A stretch of DNA of 64,000 nt from the IMG/VR virus record IMGVR_UViG_3300022602_002120, positions 96,001-160,000 of that record. One strand, given 5' to 3'. The stretch comes from a virus. The translations under genes and the position numbers were made by a program. Positions 1-11,003 of this stretch are shown here, in pieces. Below the pieces are notes generated by a model, which saw only the letters and a program-made list of their open reading frames with translations, had not been told where the DNA came from and made no database searches. Position 1 is the stretch's first letter; the number at the start of each line of letters is the position of its first letter.

Positions 1-1
1 A

Positions 2-577
2 GGTCTAAGTTGCTGGACTAAAGAATTTGTCTATGCAATGAAAACGCATGAAGCCACTGACGGTGATAGTAAGAATGATGTAGAGTTTTGTTTTTACCCT
101 AACTATTGGGCCATGGCAGATTGTTATAGTACAACTTACCCAAATCAAACACCATTTCAAGCATGGAGAGCAGGCTTTAGAGAAGGTGTTAAGATGTGTT
201 TAGATCGAGGCACTAAGCCTAGCCTACAAGAGTTTGAAAGTAAAGTGCATCATCGCAACTATGATCATTTGTGTATTTGGCAAACAGTAGGAGCAGATGT
301 GGAGCATGGTTTTTGGGCAATATATGGCGCACGCTTGGGCACATGTTTAACAATGCTAGAAGATTGGGATTATCGTAAGGTGCAAGATTTTGATGAACTG
401 TCTTTGTTGTGGGAAAAATATAAAGATCCTCAGCCTGGAACGAGTACAGAATACGGCATGCGCTTACGCCAACGTCTAGGCTTGCCTATTGTAGACATGG
501 ATGTAGAACAGAGTCGTTTCTTCAAACATCATTATAAGAGTAATTTCCGTAATCGTGGAATAATGGAGAGAGAATGA
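2..577 (+). CDS. GT-A-like glycosyltransferase family protein, 5'-partial
   Basis: Frame is open from base 2 (GLSCWTKEFVYAM...). YSTTYPNQTPFQAWRAGFREGVKM parallels HYNTTPELTWRTAFREVLKL in 19189..20505. Confidence 0.5.
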   Translation, partial: GLSCWTKEFVYAMKTHEATDGDSKNDVEFCFYPNYWAMADCYSTTYPNQTPFQAWRAGFREGVKMCLDRGTKPSLQEFESKVHHRNYDHLCIWQTVGADVEHGFWAIYGARLGTCLTMLEDWDYRKVQDFDELSLLWEKYKDPQPGTSTEYGMRLRQRLGLPIVDMDVEQSRFFKHHYKSNFRNRGIMERE

Positions 578-1428
578 AATTACTCAATGACTCTTTAACT
601 AACTATTTTGATTTTAAATTTAACATGGATTCTGCGGGGAATCAGGTAAGTTGGTGCCCTTATAATTTTGTGGACAATAATAAAAAGAACCTTGTAATCA
701 CCATTGGTGATTCTTGGACCTGGGGCGCTGATATATGTGATGGCGATGCTACAGAACAAAGACTTAAGGATGTATTTGGAGCAATTATAGCAAATGAACT
801 TTCAGCTGATTTTTTAAATTTAGGGCAAAGCGGATCTTGTAATTTTCATATACTGCGACGACTAGAAGAACTCGACGCTATCATACCACTCCTCGAATAC
901 GACAAAATTTTAATAATTTGTGTGTACACAGAGGCATGCAGATCTATAGATAGCGAGTATGATAGAAAAATTGATTATATAAAGTGGTTTAAGAATAATA
1001 ATTTTCAAGATATATTAAAATATCACAATGGTCTATTTCAAGAAACTATTGTTGATCTAGAAAAGAAGCACCCGCATGTCAAATTAGTAATTGGCAATAA
1101 CTTTGTAGAACCAATTGGCATGGATACACGTTTAAATATATTGTCTAAAAATTGGGTAGAAGTATATAATGAACAAGCCATTCATGGCGAATATGTCAGA
1201 CCCTGTTATGTAATGAGCCATTGGGTTTTTGACAAAATTAGAGATTTTATTATTTTGATGTACCCTGATATTGACCGTGTTGAATTTAATAATTGGATGA
1301 TAGGGCTGATAGAAACAGCAAAAGACAGAAAAGAATTTACAATAAATCCAACATATTTTAAAGGTATAAGCCATCCTCTTAAGCTAGGACACAAAATATG
1401 GGCAAATTATATTCTTGAGAATTTATAA
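574..1428 (+). CDS. SGNH/GDSL-fold hydrolase or acyltransferase-like protein
   Basis: IGDSWTWG, NLGQSGSCN and a C-terminal SHP..GH. Confidence 0.65.
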   Translation: MKLLNDSLTNYFDFKFNMDSAGNQVSWCPYNFVDNNKKNLVITIGDSWTWGADICDGDATEQRLKDVFGAIIANELSADFLNLGQSGSCNFHILRRLEELDAIIPLLEYDKILIICVYTEACRSIDSEYDRKIDYIKWFKNNNFQDILKYHNGLFQETIVDLEKKHPHVKLVIGNNFVEPIGMDTRLNILSKNWVEVYNEQAIHGEYVRPCYVMSHWVFDKIRDFIILMYPDIDRVEFNNWMIGLIETAKDRKEFTINPTYFKGISHPLKLGHKIWANYILENL

Positions 1429-2396
1429 TGAAATATACATTAGAACTTGAGAATGATATATTATGGAATATTATTCCATTGGTTGCTTTTTTAAAAAATA
1501 ACGAAGGCAAAGATATTGAATTAACCGTAAATCAAGAATCTCATTGCCTACGGTTTTGTCGAGTGTATGAACTATTAGATATATTTGAGTTTAACTCTGT
1601 GACAATTTTTACCCGTAACGCATTAGAATATCATGACAAGTATAGAATTATGAATAATAATTGTTCTTGTTCTTGGAATTATTGGTTAGATAACGGAGCA
1701 ACCTACTTTAATCAAAAAACAGATTATAGATGGAACGGAAATAAATTATTTGGATGCTTTTATGGAAGACCGACAGCTGCCAGACTAGGCATAGCAAGTC
1801 ATTTATATAAAGAATATGTTAATAAATCTTTATTGTGTATAAAATTTAAAAATATTAACGAAGATGACCGAAAATTATTTGAGTTAGAACGGTTATATTC
1901 TTGGCACCCAGAAATGTTGCATCTATTATCTAATTTAATTGATAATAATATTAATCAATATTACAATTTTCCAGCATATAACTATGCCAGCGGAGATTAT
2001 GATTTTAATCATCCATTAAACGAGTTATATAGTGATATTTTTGTTGATATAGTAGTCGAAGCACATAATTTAGGTAATAGCTTTTATCCGACAGAAAAAA
2101 TAGCTAGAGCTATATTATGTAAGAAACCGTTTATTGTAATGGCTACAAAAAATTATTTGTATTATTTAAAACAAATAGGGTTTAAAACATTTACTGACTT
2201 GTGGGATGAAAATTACGATTTTCTCTATGGAAAAGATAGATACTATGCTATAATACAATTAATTGACAAATTAGCATCGATGAGTCAAAACGAAATACAA
2301 CAATTACATGAAAAAAGTCAGGATATAGTTGAACATAACTATAATTTATTAACTTCACTTTCATTTAGTAAACTTATAGTGAGAAAGCATGACTAA
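1428..2396 (+). CDS. GT10-like (TEK motif) putative glycosyltransferase
   Basis: DIVVEA...FYPTEKIARAILCKKPF...GFKTF..LWDENYD; AT-rich. Confidence 0.5.
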   Translation: MKYTLELENDILWNIIPLVAFLKNNEGKDIELTVNQESHCLRFCRVYELLDIFEFNSVTIFTRNALEYHDKYRIMNNNCSCSWNYWLDNGATYFNQKTDYRWNGNKLFGCFYGRPTAARLGIASHLYKEYVNKSLLCIKFKNINEDDRKLFELERLYSWHPEMLHLLSNLIDNNINQYYNFPAYNYASGDYDFNHPLNELYSDIFVDIVVEAHNLGNSFYPTEKIARAILCKKPFIVMATKNYLYYLKQIGFKTFTDLWDENYDFLYGKDRYYAIIQLIDKLASMSQNEIQQLHEKSQDIVEHNYNLLTSLSFSKLIVRKHD

Positions 2397-3801
2397 ATCA
2401 AAATTTATGAGCGCAGCAGAAGAAATGAAAGACAAACTAGGTCCTAGTCTTTGCTTGGCTAAATGGCAACAGGTAAGCCTACACCTACCAACAGGACTTA
2501 ACAATAGCTGTTACCATCCCCCATTACATGAGATTGATGCGGCACCTTTAGTGTTTCATCCTAGTGCCTTACATAACACAGCATATAAGAAAGAACAGCG
2601 TAAGAAAATGCTAGAGGGCACTCGTCCTAAAGAGTGTAACTACTGCTGGACCATGGAAGATGCTGGACACTTAAGTGATCGTCACTATCGTAGTGGTGAA
2701 CCCTGGGCGGCAGAACATTATGACACAATTAAAGACCTACCCTGGGATGCTGACGTTACTCCTAGTTATGTAGAAGTAAACTTCAGTCACGGCTGTAATC
2801 TAGCTTGCTCTTACTGTAGCCCACAGTTTAGTACAGAATGGCAGAAAGATATTGATCGTTGGGGTGCTTATCCTACAAGCAAACCTCATAATGCGCCTGA
2901 ACACTTCCAAGGTCGACGCAAACCTATTCCAGTTAAAGATGATAATCCTTATGTAGATGCGTTTTGGTCTTGGTGGCCTGAACTGTATCCTAAACTAAAA
3001 CATTTCCGTATGACAGGTGGTGAACCTCTAATGGACAAGAACACGCATCGTGTGTTCGACTATATCCTAGCGGCACCTAAGAGCGACTTACACGTAGATG
3101 TTACAAGTAACTTTAGCGTAGAGCCAGAACTGTTTAACAAGTATATAGACAAAGTTAAGCAGTTATGTGAAGGCACACGCATTGAACACTTCATGCAGTA
3201 TGTAAGCCTTGACACTGGTATTCCAGAACATGCTAGTTATATTCGTCGTGGCTTAAATCCTAGTAGGGTAGTTGACTATACTACTCGTTTCTTAGAAGAA
3301 ATTCCAGGACGCAATAGCCTAACGTTTATTATTACCATGAACAATCTTAGCATTTTAGGCCTAAAACGCTTGTTAGAAGAAATCTTGTTTTTGCGTAAAC
3401 AATATAGTTCAACTTATCAACGTGTTTGGTTCGATACTCCTGTGCTACGTACACCTAGTTGGCAGAGTCTACAAATACTTCCAGAAAGCTACACTGTGAT
3501 ATTAGCTGATGTAGTCAAGTATATGAAACAGAATCGATTAGACGAAAACAGTGATCGTTTTGATGGTTTCAAAGACTATGAAATACAACGCATGGAACGT
3601 GACCTAGATTGGATGAAGAAAGGCAAGAAACTCAGCGACAAGTATCTACATGAACAACGTGCTGACTTTTACCGTTTCTTCAATGAATATGACAAACGTC
3701 GTGGTGCCACTACCAAGGATGCCCGTGATGAAACATTCTTAGATGTGTTTCCAGAAATGAAAGAATTTTGGATGGAGTGCAAATATCATGCCGAAAATTA
3801 A
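2389..3801 (+). CDS. Radical SAM protein with N-terminal twitch domain
   Basis: CLAKW...SCYHP...CNYCW, then CNLACSYC and MTGGEPL. Confidence 0.9.
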   Translation: MTKSKFMSAAEEMKDKLGPSLCLAKWQQVSLHLPTGLNNSCYHPPLHEIDAAPLVFHPSALHNTAYKKEQRKKMLEGTRPKECNYCWTMEDAGHLSDRHYRSGEPWAAEHYDTIKDLPWDADVTPSYVEVNFSHGCNLACSYCSPQFSTEWQKDIDRWGAYPTSKPHNAPEHFQGRRKPIPVKDDNPYVDAFWSWWPELYPKLKHFRMTGGEPLMDKNTHRVFDYILAAPKSDLHVDVTSNFSVEPELFNKYIDKVKQLCEGTRIEHFMQYVSLDTGIPEHASYIRRGLNPSRVVDYTTRFLEEIPGRNSLTFIITMNNLSILGLKRLLEEILFLRKQYSSTYQRVWFDTPVLRTPSWQSLQILPESYTVILADVVKYMKQNRLDENSDRFDGFKDYEIQRMERDLDWMKKGKKLSDKYLHEQRADFYRFFNEYDKRRGATTKDARDETFLDVFPEMKEFWMECKYHAEN

Positions 3802-4861
3802 TCTGCATACCTTTAATAATCTTCAAGATATAAAATTTTTTGATATTTGTTATAATGTCGCAAATATTGTGCCACACGATGAAATTCATGAGGTGCTCAG
3901 ATGTGATAATCTCAATTATCCTATACTTAATAAAGTAAAAATTATGCAAAATCTTACTCCTATTAGACAATACCTACGCCAAAGTACGAGTAATAAATTA
4001 ATTGTAATTGATTACTTAGAGGGGAATAACTCTATTATGTCGTGGCTAGGTCAGGAAAGAATTGCAGAATATGTAAGATCTAATCAATTGATTATTATAT
4101 CATCGGGGGAATTTGAAAATGGTATTTTTTTAAATTTAGATTTTTTTCTAGGACATATACACAGTACTTATAACCAAGCAATTGCATTAAATACATTTGA
4201 CAAAATTTTTAATCAACTTAATAAACCTTATAAATTTTTATGTTTAAATAAAGCAAAAAGACCTCACCGGGTAGAATTATTAGAATTATTAAAAAATTTA
4301 AATCTATTAGACACCGCACTTTGGAGTGCATTATATGATAATCAGACTATTCCGATGGAATACAACGACTATTTTAATGAGCGAAAGAAAGAAACTACCA
4401 TCAATCAAACTAACCACGATAATCCCTGGATAGATGGTCTTTTAGTTCCGGATCTATATATCGATACATATTTTTCTGTTGTCACTGAGACAAATTTTGA
4501 AATTCCAAGGTGCTATCGTACAGAAAAAATATATAAACCACTATTGATAGGACATCCATTTATTGCGGTGTCGGGATATCATTTTTATCAAGGGTTACAT
4601 AAGTTAGGGTTTAAAACTTTTGGTCATCTAATAGACGAGAGCTTTGATGATATTTTAAATAATAATGATCGATTAGTTAGAATAGCAAACACTATTAACA
4701 ATTTATGTAACAGCAATCTAGTAGAATTTTTAAAAGAAGCAAAACCTATATGTGAATATAATAGAAACTTATACTTTGAATTATTGGGGACAGATCCTTT
4801 AAGAAAATACAATTCTTTAATCAATTTTTTCAATGAACTAATAAATGCCGAAAATACATAA
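3788..4861 (+). CDS. GT10-like (TEK motif) putative glycosyltransferase
   Basis: YFSVVTET...RTEKIYKPLLIGHPF...GFKTF..LIDESFD; AT-rich. Confidence 0.5.
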   Translation: MPKINLHTFNNLQDIKFFDICYNVANIVPHDEIHEVLRCDNLNYPILNKVKIMQNLTPIRQYLRQSTSNKLIVIDYLEGNNSIMSWLGQERIAEYVRSNQLIIISSGEFENGIFLNLDFFLGHIHSTYNQAIALNTFDKIFNQLNKPYKFLCLNKAKRPHRVELLELLKNLNLLDTALWSALYDNQTIPMEYNDYFNERKKETTINQTNHDNPWIDGLLVPDLYIDTYFSVVTETNFEIPRCYRTEKIYKPLLIGHPFIAVSGYHFYQGLHKLGFKTFGHLIDESFDDILNNNDRLVRIANTINNLCNSNLVEFLKEAKPICEYNRNLYFELLGTDPLRKYNSLINFFNELINAENT

Positions 4862-6224
4862 CGAAACAGACGTACAATACAAACGCAGAGTAATTGACAT
4901 CAAGAGTGCTAGTTTCTGTGCGGCTAAATGGTATAATGCCACTATATGGTTAGGTAGCGGACAAACTACTAGTTGTCATCATCCCTTACCACATCAAATT
5001 GATGTTAACGCGGCCTTGATTAATCCTAGTGCTATTCATAATACACCACAAAAGAAAGAACAACGTCGCCAAATGCAGATAGGCGAGCGTCCTGGTGGTT
5101 GCGAATACTGCTGGAAGATAGAAGACATGTATAAAGACTCTGGGTTATTTAATGGAGTTGATGTACCTGTGCCAATCAGTGACCGTGTGTATAAAACAGT
5201 AATATATAGTGATGAGGATTTAGATCTTGCCTATAATACCCCCGCAGAACATGATGTCAACTTACAGACTCTCGAAATTGCTTTTGATCGCACTTGCCAG
5301 TTTGCCTGTAGCTACTGTAATCCTGCTTTCAGCACTAGCTGGGTACGTGACATTAAACAAAACGGACCTTATGTCAATCTTGTCAGTGATGGTAGGAATC
5401 ACTTTACCCACGTTCATGACAGTAGCCAATTATATAAGCCCACAGAAGTAAATCCCTATGTCGAAGCATTTTTTAAGTGGTGGGAATCAGATCTACACAA
5501 GACATTAAAAGAATTACGTATCACAGGTGGCGAGCCCCTGATGTCGGGTCACACTTGGAAATTAATCGATTGGTTCAGAGAGAATCGCGGTAAGAGCTCT
5601 ACCCGATTGGCTATTAACAGTAACCTAGGATTTGAACAAGATAAATTGGAGCGATTATTAGATGCTACAGAAGGTATTGAACTTGATTTGTACACCAGCA
5701 ATGAAAGCATTGGTAGACACGCAATTTATATACGTGATGGCCTGGATTGGAATCAATGGGCTAGCAATGTTAGTTATCTATTGGATAGTAAAAGACTGCG
5801 CGGCCTACACGTCATGTGTACCATCAATGCCCTATGCTTATTAAGCCTAACAGAATTCCTATGGTCAGTTGTTAAACTTAAACAGAAGTATGGCAAGGAT
5901 TCAATTAACTTCAGTCTAAACATCTTACGCTTTCCTAGCTTCCAAAGTCCACTAATCTTACCATTGGCTATGCGTCAAGAGTTTGCTAATGAATTGAGAA
6001 GATTTGGCGATGCAACCAATGAACAGCTTCATGAATATGAGTTCAACCAATTACAACGATTAATTGAATACTTAAACAATGTAGATAGTCCGCACAGTGG
6101 AGCATTGTCACGTGAAGTATTACAACGTGACTTTAAGCACTTTTATCAGCAATACGATGAACGCCGAGGTAAAGACTTTAAATATACATTTCCACAACTA
6201 GCAGAATGGTATGACACACTATGA
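4845..6224 (+). CDS. Radical SAM protein with N-terminal twitch domain
   Basis: CAAKW...SCHHP...CEYCW, CQFACSYC and ITGGEPL. Confidence 0.9.
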   Translation: MPKIHNETDVQYKRRVIDIKSASFCAAKWYNATIWLGSGQTTSCHHPLPHQIDVNAALINPSAIHNTPQKKEQRRQMQIGERPGGCEYCWKIEDMYKDSGLFNGVDVPVPISDRVYKTVIYSDEDLDLAYNTPAEHDVNLQTLEIAFDRTCQFACSYCNPAFSTSWVRDIKQNGPYVNLVSDGRNHFTHVHDSSQLYKPTEVNPYVEAFFKWWESDLHKTLKELRITGGEPLMSGHTWKLIDWFRENRGKSSTRLAINSNLGFEQDKLERLLDATEGIELDLYTSNESIGRHAIYIRDGLDWNQWASNVSYLLDSKRLRGLHVMCTINALCLLSLTEFLWSVVKLKQKYGKDSINFSLNILRFPSFQSPLILPLAMRQEFANELRRFGDATNEQLHEYEFNQLQRLIEYLNNVDSPHSGALSREVLQRDFKHFYQQYDERRGKDFKYTFPQLAEWYDTL

Positions 6225-6886
6225 CAATATTAGCGTTTGGATGTTCAGTAACACACGGTGCAGAATTAGTGCATCCAAATCAGCACGAAGATAATGTCAA
6301 ATACAGCTATCCTAATTTAGTAGCCGAAACCTTAGGAGTTGAGTGTAAGAACTTAGCCGTATGTGGTGCCAGCAACGAAGATATTTTTCACAAAACACTC
6401 AATGTATTAAAAGTTACCAAACCTGATATAACCGCGGTTATTGTGGGATGGACTAGCGATGTCAGGGAATATTGGCGAGCAGATGGCAGGGAATGGTTTT
6501 TTATACCTAGTTGGTGTGCAACTAAGCAAATTGGCTCAGACCTAGAATACTTTAAAGATTATACTAGTAAAGATATTAACCTACACCCAAGGATATGTGC
6601 TGACAAAGAAGAATATTTAGAACCGTTAGCCGTAATGTACGACTATTTAATACGTTATAAATTTGATCAAGAAGAATACAAGTATAAGAAGTATAATTAT
6701 ATATCAAGCATTAGAGATTATTGTCAACTACACAGTATTAAATTAATTGAAACTTGTTGTTTAAATCCTACACCAGAAATAATGAATTTAGACGATATCG
6801 GCACTTGGCGCCAAGGATTGGGTCATCCTACAAAAACAGACCATGAACAAATAGCACAGCAGATACTATTAAAATATGAGCGATAA
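6221..6886 (+). CDS. SGNH-fold protein
   Basis: FGCSVTHG, NLAVCGASN and GHPT. Confidence 0.6.
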   Translation: MTILAFGCSVTHGAELVHPNQHEDNVKYSYPNLVAETLGVECKNLAVCGASNEDIFHKTLNVLKVTKPDITAVIVGWTSDVREYWRADGREWFFIPSWCATKQIGSDLEYFKDYTSKDINLHPRICADKEEYLEPLAVMYDYLIRYKFDQEEYKYKKYNYISSIRDYCQLHSIKLIETCCLNPTPEIMNLDDIGTWRQGLGHPTKTDHEQIAQQILLKYER

Positions 6887-8192
6887 ACAACAAGACGACT
6901 ACTATAAAAATCATCATTACTATACACGTAAACCTGTATATATCAGTGAAGACGACCTACGCACAGATCAGTTAGATCGGTTGACTAAAAGTGATGTATT
7001 TTGTATGATACCATGGATACATATTCATGCTTTTCCGGATGGCCGCGCTTATCCATGTTGTTTAGGTGACGACCGACATCCTGTTGGCAACTTTAAGCAA
7101 GACAGTATAGAAACTGTTTGGAATCAAGACGCATATAAAACCATGCGTAAGAACATGCTTGAAGAAACTCCCTGTAAAGAATGTAGTAAATGTTACGAAC
7201 AAGAAGACAGCGGATTTATGAGTATGCGTAACAGCACTAACAAAAATTTCGGGCATCATATCAACATTGTTGATCAAACACTAGCAGATGGAACATTCCC
7301 AGAATTTAAACTACGCTATTATGATGTGCGGTTTAGTAACCTATGTAACTTTACCTGCAGAACCTGTGGTGGTTGGTTTAGTTCAAGTTGGTACACTGAG
7401 GAAGAAGACCTATACGGCAAACGTAACTATCCCAAGATCATGTTTGCAGGTCGCACTGAATTAGACATGTGGGAACAGTTAGAACCACATATACCTTACT
7501 TAGAACAGGTATACTTTGCTGGCGGCGAACCCATGATGATGGAAGAGCATTATCGTATACTTAAAGAACTAGTTAAACGTGAAATGTTTGATGTTAAGCT
7601 AATCTATAACACAAACTTTAGTCGCTTAAACTTAAAAGATGATAATGTACTTGACTATTGGAAGCTGTTCAAGAATGTCAGTGTTGGTGCTAGTTTGGAT
7701 GCTATGGGTCCACGTGCTGAATATATTCGTAAAGGTACTAAATGGGATCAAATTGAACGCAATCGTGAACAGATGTTAGAAGTATGCCCAACTACAGACT
7801 TTTATGTAAGTAGTACAGTTAGTCTATACAATGTACATCACTTACCTGACTTTCATCGAGAGTGGGTCGATAAAGGATATATTAAACATCAAGATTGGAA
7901 TATTAATATCCTTCAAGGTCCTGATCGCGATCGTATTGATGTATTACCTAACCTACTAAAAGATCAAATACGCAATAAGATTGTTGACCATATTGAATGG
8001 TTGACTCCACATGATCATTTAAAACGTGCTGTCAGTGGCTACGAAGGCATAATTAACTTTATGTATCAAAACTCTAAAACACATTTACTAAACGAATTCT
8101 TTCGAGTCAACAACGTACATGATGCGTATCGTAAAGAATCATTTGAAGCTACATTCCCAGAATTACAAACATTGAGAACGTATGTTGCCTGA
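6876..8192 (+). CDS. Radical SAM protein with N-terminal twitch domain
   Basis: CMIPW...YPCC...CSKC, CNFTCRTC and FAGGEP. Confidence 0.9.
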   Translation: MSDKQQDDYYKNHHYYTRKPVYISEDDLRTDQLDRLTKSDVFCMIPWIHIHAFPDGRAYPCCLGDDRHPVGNFKQDSIETVWNQDAYKTMRKNMLEETPCKECSKCYEQEDSGFMSMRNSTNKNFGHHINIVDQTLADGTFPEFKLRYYDVRFSNLCNFTCRTCGGWFSSSWYTEEEDLYGKRNYPKIMFAGRTELDMWEQLEPHIPYLEQVYFAGGEPMMMEEHYRILKELVKREMFDVKLIYNTNFSRLNLKDDNVLDYWKLFKNVSVGASLDAMGPRAEYIRKGTKWDQIERNREQMLEVCPTTDFYVSSTVSLYNVHHLPDFHREWVDKGYIKHQDWNINILQGPDRDRIDVLPNLLKDQIRNKIVDHIEWLTPHDHLKRAVSGYEGIINFMYQNSKTHLLNEFFRVNNVHDAYRKESFEATFPELQTLRTYVA

Positions 8193-9360
8193 AAAAATTT
8201 GTATGCTACCTTGGATTAGTATTGAGACTAGCCCAATTGGTACTGCTCGCCCTTGCTGTTTGGCTAAAGATGAAATCCCTGGGTATAATCTCAGAGAGCA
8301 TACTCTTGAAGAAATATATCACAGTAACTATATGCAAGATCTACGTCAAGAATTTTTAGATGGTAACAAACCTAGTACCTGTCAACGCTGTTGGGATGAA
8401 GAAGCTGCTGGCCGTACCAGCAAGCGCATGAACAGTCGCATTAGACTAAAGGAATACTATGACAACGTTGATTGGAATAATCTTAACCCTGATCAGTTAT
8501 GGTTTATTGACCTTAAGTTGGGCAATATCTGTAATCTTAAGTGCCGTATTTGTGGAAGTTGGTCAAGTAGTAAGTGGGCTAAAGAAGAGATTGACTACGT
8601 ACCAGGTATTAATCGTAAAGAACACCTTGCTTACAAGTTTCTCGCTGATGGTGCTTGGCCTAGAGAAAATCCTCAATTCTGGGATAACCTAAAAGCTCTA
8701 CTGCCTAACATTAAATACTTTGAATTCACAGGCGGCGAACCTTTCCTTATTCAACAGCATTTTGATCTATTACAATACGCTGTAGACAACGACTATGCTA
8801 AAAATATTGAAATACACTACAACACCAATGGAACGGTGTTTCCTGACAGCTATGAAATATGGAGTCATTTTAAACACGTTGAAGTAGCATTTAGTATTGA
8901 CAATACTGCTGAACGTTTTGAATACGAAAGGTACGGAGCAGACTGGGCAGAAGTAGAGCATAATTTATGTCGATTTTTTGAACTACGTAATAAAAAATTT
9001 AGTACACAATTATGTTTAACAGTTAATATACAAAATGTCTATTATCTGCCAGAGATGTGTAATTGGTTTGCAAACTTACCATTTGACCATGTATACTTTA
9101 ACATGTTGCACGATCCTTGGCACATGTGTATTAGTAAAATGACATTAGATGCACAGGAACTAGTTATAGATAAATTATCTAATAGTGTTATAGATCCTAA
9201 GTATCGTGCAGAAATTTTACGCATTGTTAAGTTTATTCGTAACGGTGAAGGCAGTGACGGTCGAGAGTTTGTAACTAAGATGAAATTAGCGGATGAATAT
9301 CGTAACCAAAGTTTTTTAACTACTCATACAGAAATTGCCAAGGCCATGGGATATGAATAA
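8182..9360 (+). CDS. Radical SAM protein with N-terminal twitch domain
   Basis: CMLPW...RPCC...CQRC, CNLKCRIC and FTGGEP. Confidence 0.9.
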   Translation: MLPEKICMLPWISIETSPIGTARPCCLAKDEIPGYNLREHTLEEIYHSNYMQDLRQEFLDGNKPSTCQRCWDEEAAGRTSKRMNSRIRLKEYYDNVDWNNLNPDQLWFIDLKLGNICNLKCRICGSWSSSKWAKEEIDYVPGINRKEHLAYKFLADGAWPRENPQFWDNLKALLPNIKYFEFTGGEPFLIQQHFDLLQYAVDNDYAKNIEIHYNTNGTVFPDSYEIWSHFKHVEVAFSIDNTAERFEYERYGADWAEVEHNLCRFFELRNKKFSTQLCLTVNIQNVYYLPEMCNWFANLPFDHVYFNMLHDPWHMCISKMTLDAQELVIDKLSNSVIDPKYRAEILRIVKFIRNGEGSDGREFVTKMKLADEYRNQSFLTTHTEIAKAMGYE

Positions 9361-10369
9361 ACGCAAGTTAATACTCATTGGCTGGACTGATTTTAATAGT
9401 AGCTACATCAATTGGTACCTATCTGAATATTTTGATATCGAACCATACAACCTGAATAAAACTTATGCCAACGACTGTATATTTGTCATTTCTCGTAGTG
9501 AATATTGGCATGAACCAATGGTTGAAAAAATTTTAGAAAAAGGACATAAATTAATATTGGCTAATCAGTGGGAAGCTCAACCGTTTTTCCTAGCAGAACA
9601 ATTTACTCCGTATCTTGATAATATTTTGGTAATACTAGGTTGTAAAAACTCATTGGGATTGGGATGGAAAAATATTATAAATGTTCCAAATTGGTTTTGG
9701 TATAATGAAAGTTTATGGTATACATGTGAGTCTAAAATGAGTTATCACAAATACATACCTAATAGGTCTAATGGTAAATTATTTTTTATGCCTATTAATC
9801 GTGTTAAAGATTTTAGAACACGTATAGTTGATCAATTTAATGATGTGCTAGATCGAGCAATTTGGAGCTATGCACAACAGCATAACGGCGGGCAACATTT
9901 ACCTGTCGGGGATGTTAATCCTGTAGCCAGAATAGCATGGGATCGTCAATTTGAGGAATGGTGGTATAATGATTCATATTTTACCGTAACAGTAGAATCT
10001 TCTGTTGACACAGATCTAACAGCACCGTGTGAATTATTTGTCACAGAAAAAACATTTAAACCTATTGCGTTTCAACATCCGTTTTTAGTATGTGGGATGA
10101 AAGGAACCCTGAAATTTTTACATGATAATGGATTTGAGACATTTAATCATATATTTGATGAAAGTTATGATCAACTTGATTTTTTTGAAAACCGTCTAGA
10201 TAGCGTGCATAATAATATTAAAAATTTTGATACTACTAAGTATTTGGATCCGTTAACTAACGAAAAAATAAAACATAATTATGATAGATTTTATAATAGA
10301 GCAATAGTACTTAACGGTCTTAAAATGGATCTATTAGATCCATTATTGGAGTGGATTAATGCAAATTAA
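9353..10369 (+). CDS. GT10-like (TEK motif) putative glycosyltransferase
   Basis: YFTVTVES...VTEKTFKPIAFQHPF...GFETF..IFDESYD; start moved to the coupled ATG at 9353. Confidence 0.5.
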   Translation: MNKRKLILIGWTDFNSSYINWYLSEYFDIEPYNLNKTYANDCIFVISRSEYWHEPMVEKILEKGHKLILANQWEAQPFFLAEQFTPYLDNILVILGCKNSLGLGWKNIINVPNWFWYNESLWYTCESKMSYHKYIPNRSNGKLFFMPINRVKDFRTRIVDQFNDVLDRAIWSYAQQHNGGQHLPVGDVNPVARIAWDRQFEEWWYNDSYFTVTVESSVDTDLTAPCELFVTEKTFKPIAFQHPFLVCGMKGTLKFLHDNGFETFNHIFDESYDQLDFFENRLDSVHNNIKNFDTTKYLDPLTNEKIKHNYDRFYNRAIVLNGLKMDLLDPLLEWINAN

Positions 10370-11003
10370 TATACCATCACTGACATCTAATAGAGGCCAA
10401 CATGTTGATGAATTTGGAATTGTTTGGAATTTGAATTCCGATGGGTTTAGAACTATAGAATTTGATCAGATAGATTTTAATAAACCACGTGCGCTTGCAA
10501 TGGGATGTAGTCACACAAAAGGTAGCGGAGTCAAACAACACGAATCATGGCCCGAAGTACTTAAAGAAAAAATTAATATAGATCAGATCATTAATTTGGG
10601 ACAGTGGGGAGCAAGCAGTGATTATGTTATACGAATTTTACCTGATTGTTTAGAACAATTCAAGCCAGATGTTGTTTTTGTATTTTGGCCAGACTATGTC
10701 AGATTTGAGATTCTTAAAGACGGGATATACAGACAAATTATACCAACGGATAAAGATAGAATTTTATACATAGAATCACATAGTGACGAATTACTGAAAG
10801 AAAATTATGCTAATAATCTTAAAATAGCCGCTGAATTATGTAGAGATCGTGCTGTTAAGTTAATTGGTATTTCGTGGGATGATTTAATACCGGTAATGGA
10901 TCGAGCAGATAAATGGAATAAAGGCGCAGATAATTTACACTTTGATAGCGTCTGGCAACATGGAGTAGCTGAAACTTTTAAGAGATTGTATGAATCAACC
11001 TAA
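10359..11003 (+). CDS. SGNH-fold protein
   Basis: MGCSHTKG, NLGQWGAS and DNLHF. Confidence 0.6.
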   Translation: MQINIPSLTSNRGQHVDEFGIVWNLNSDGFRTIEFDQIDFNKPRALAMGCSHTKGSGVKQHESWPEVLKEKINIDQIINLGQWGASSDYVIRILPDCLEQFKPDVVFVFWPDYVRFEILKDGIYRQIIPTDKDRILYIESHSDELLKENYANNLKIAAELCRDRAVKLIGISWDDLIPVMDRADKWNKGADNLHFDSVWQHGVAETFKRLYEST

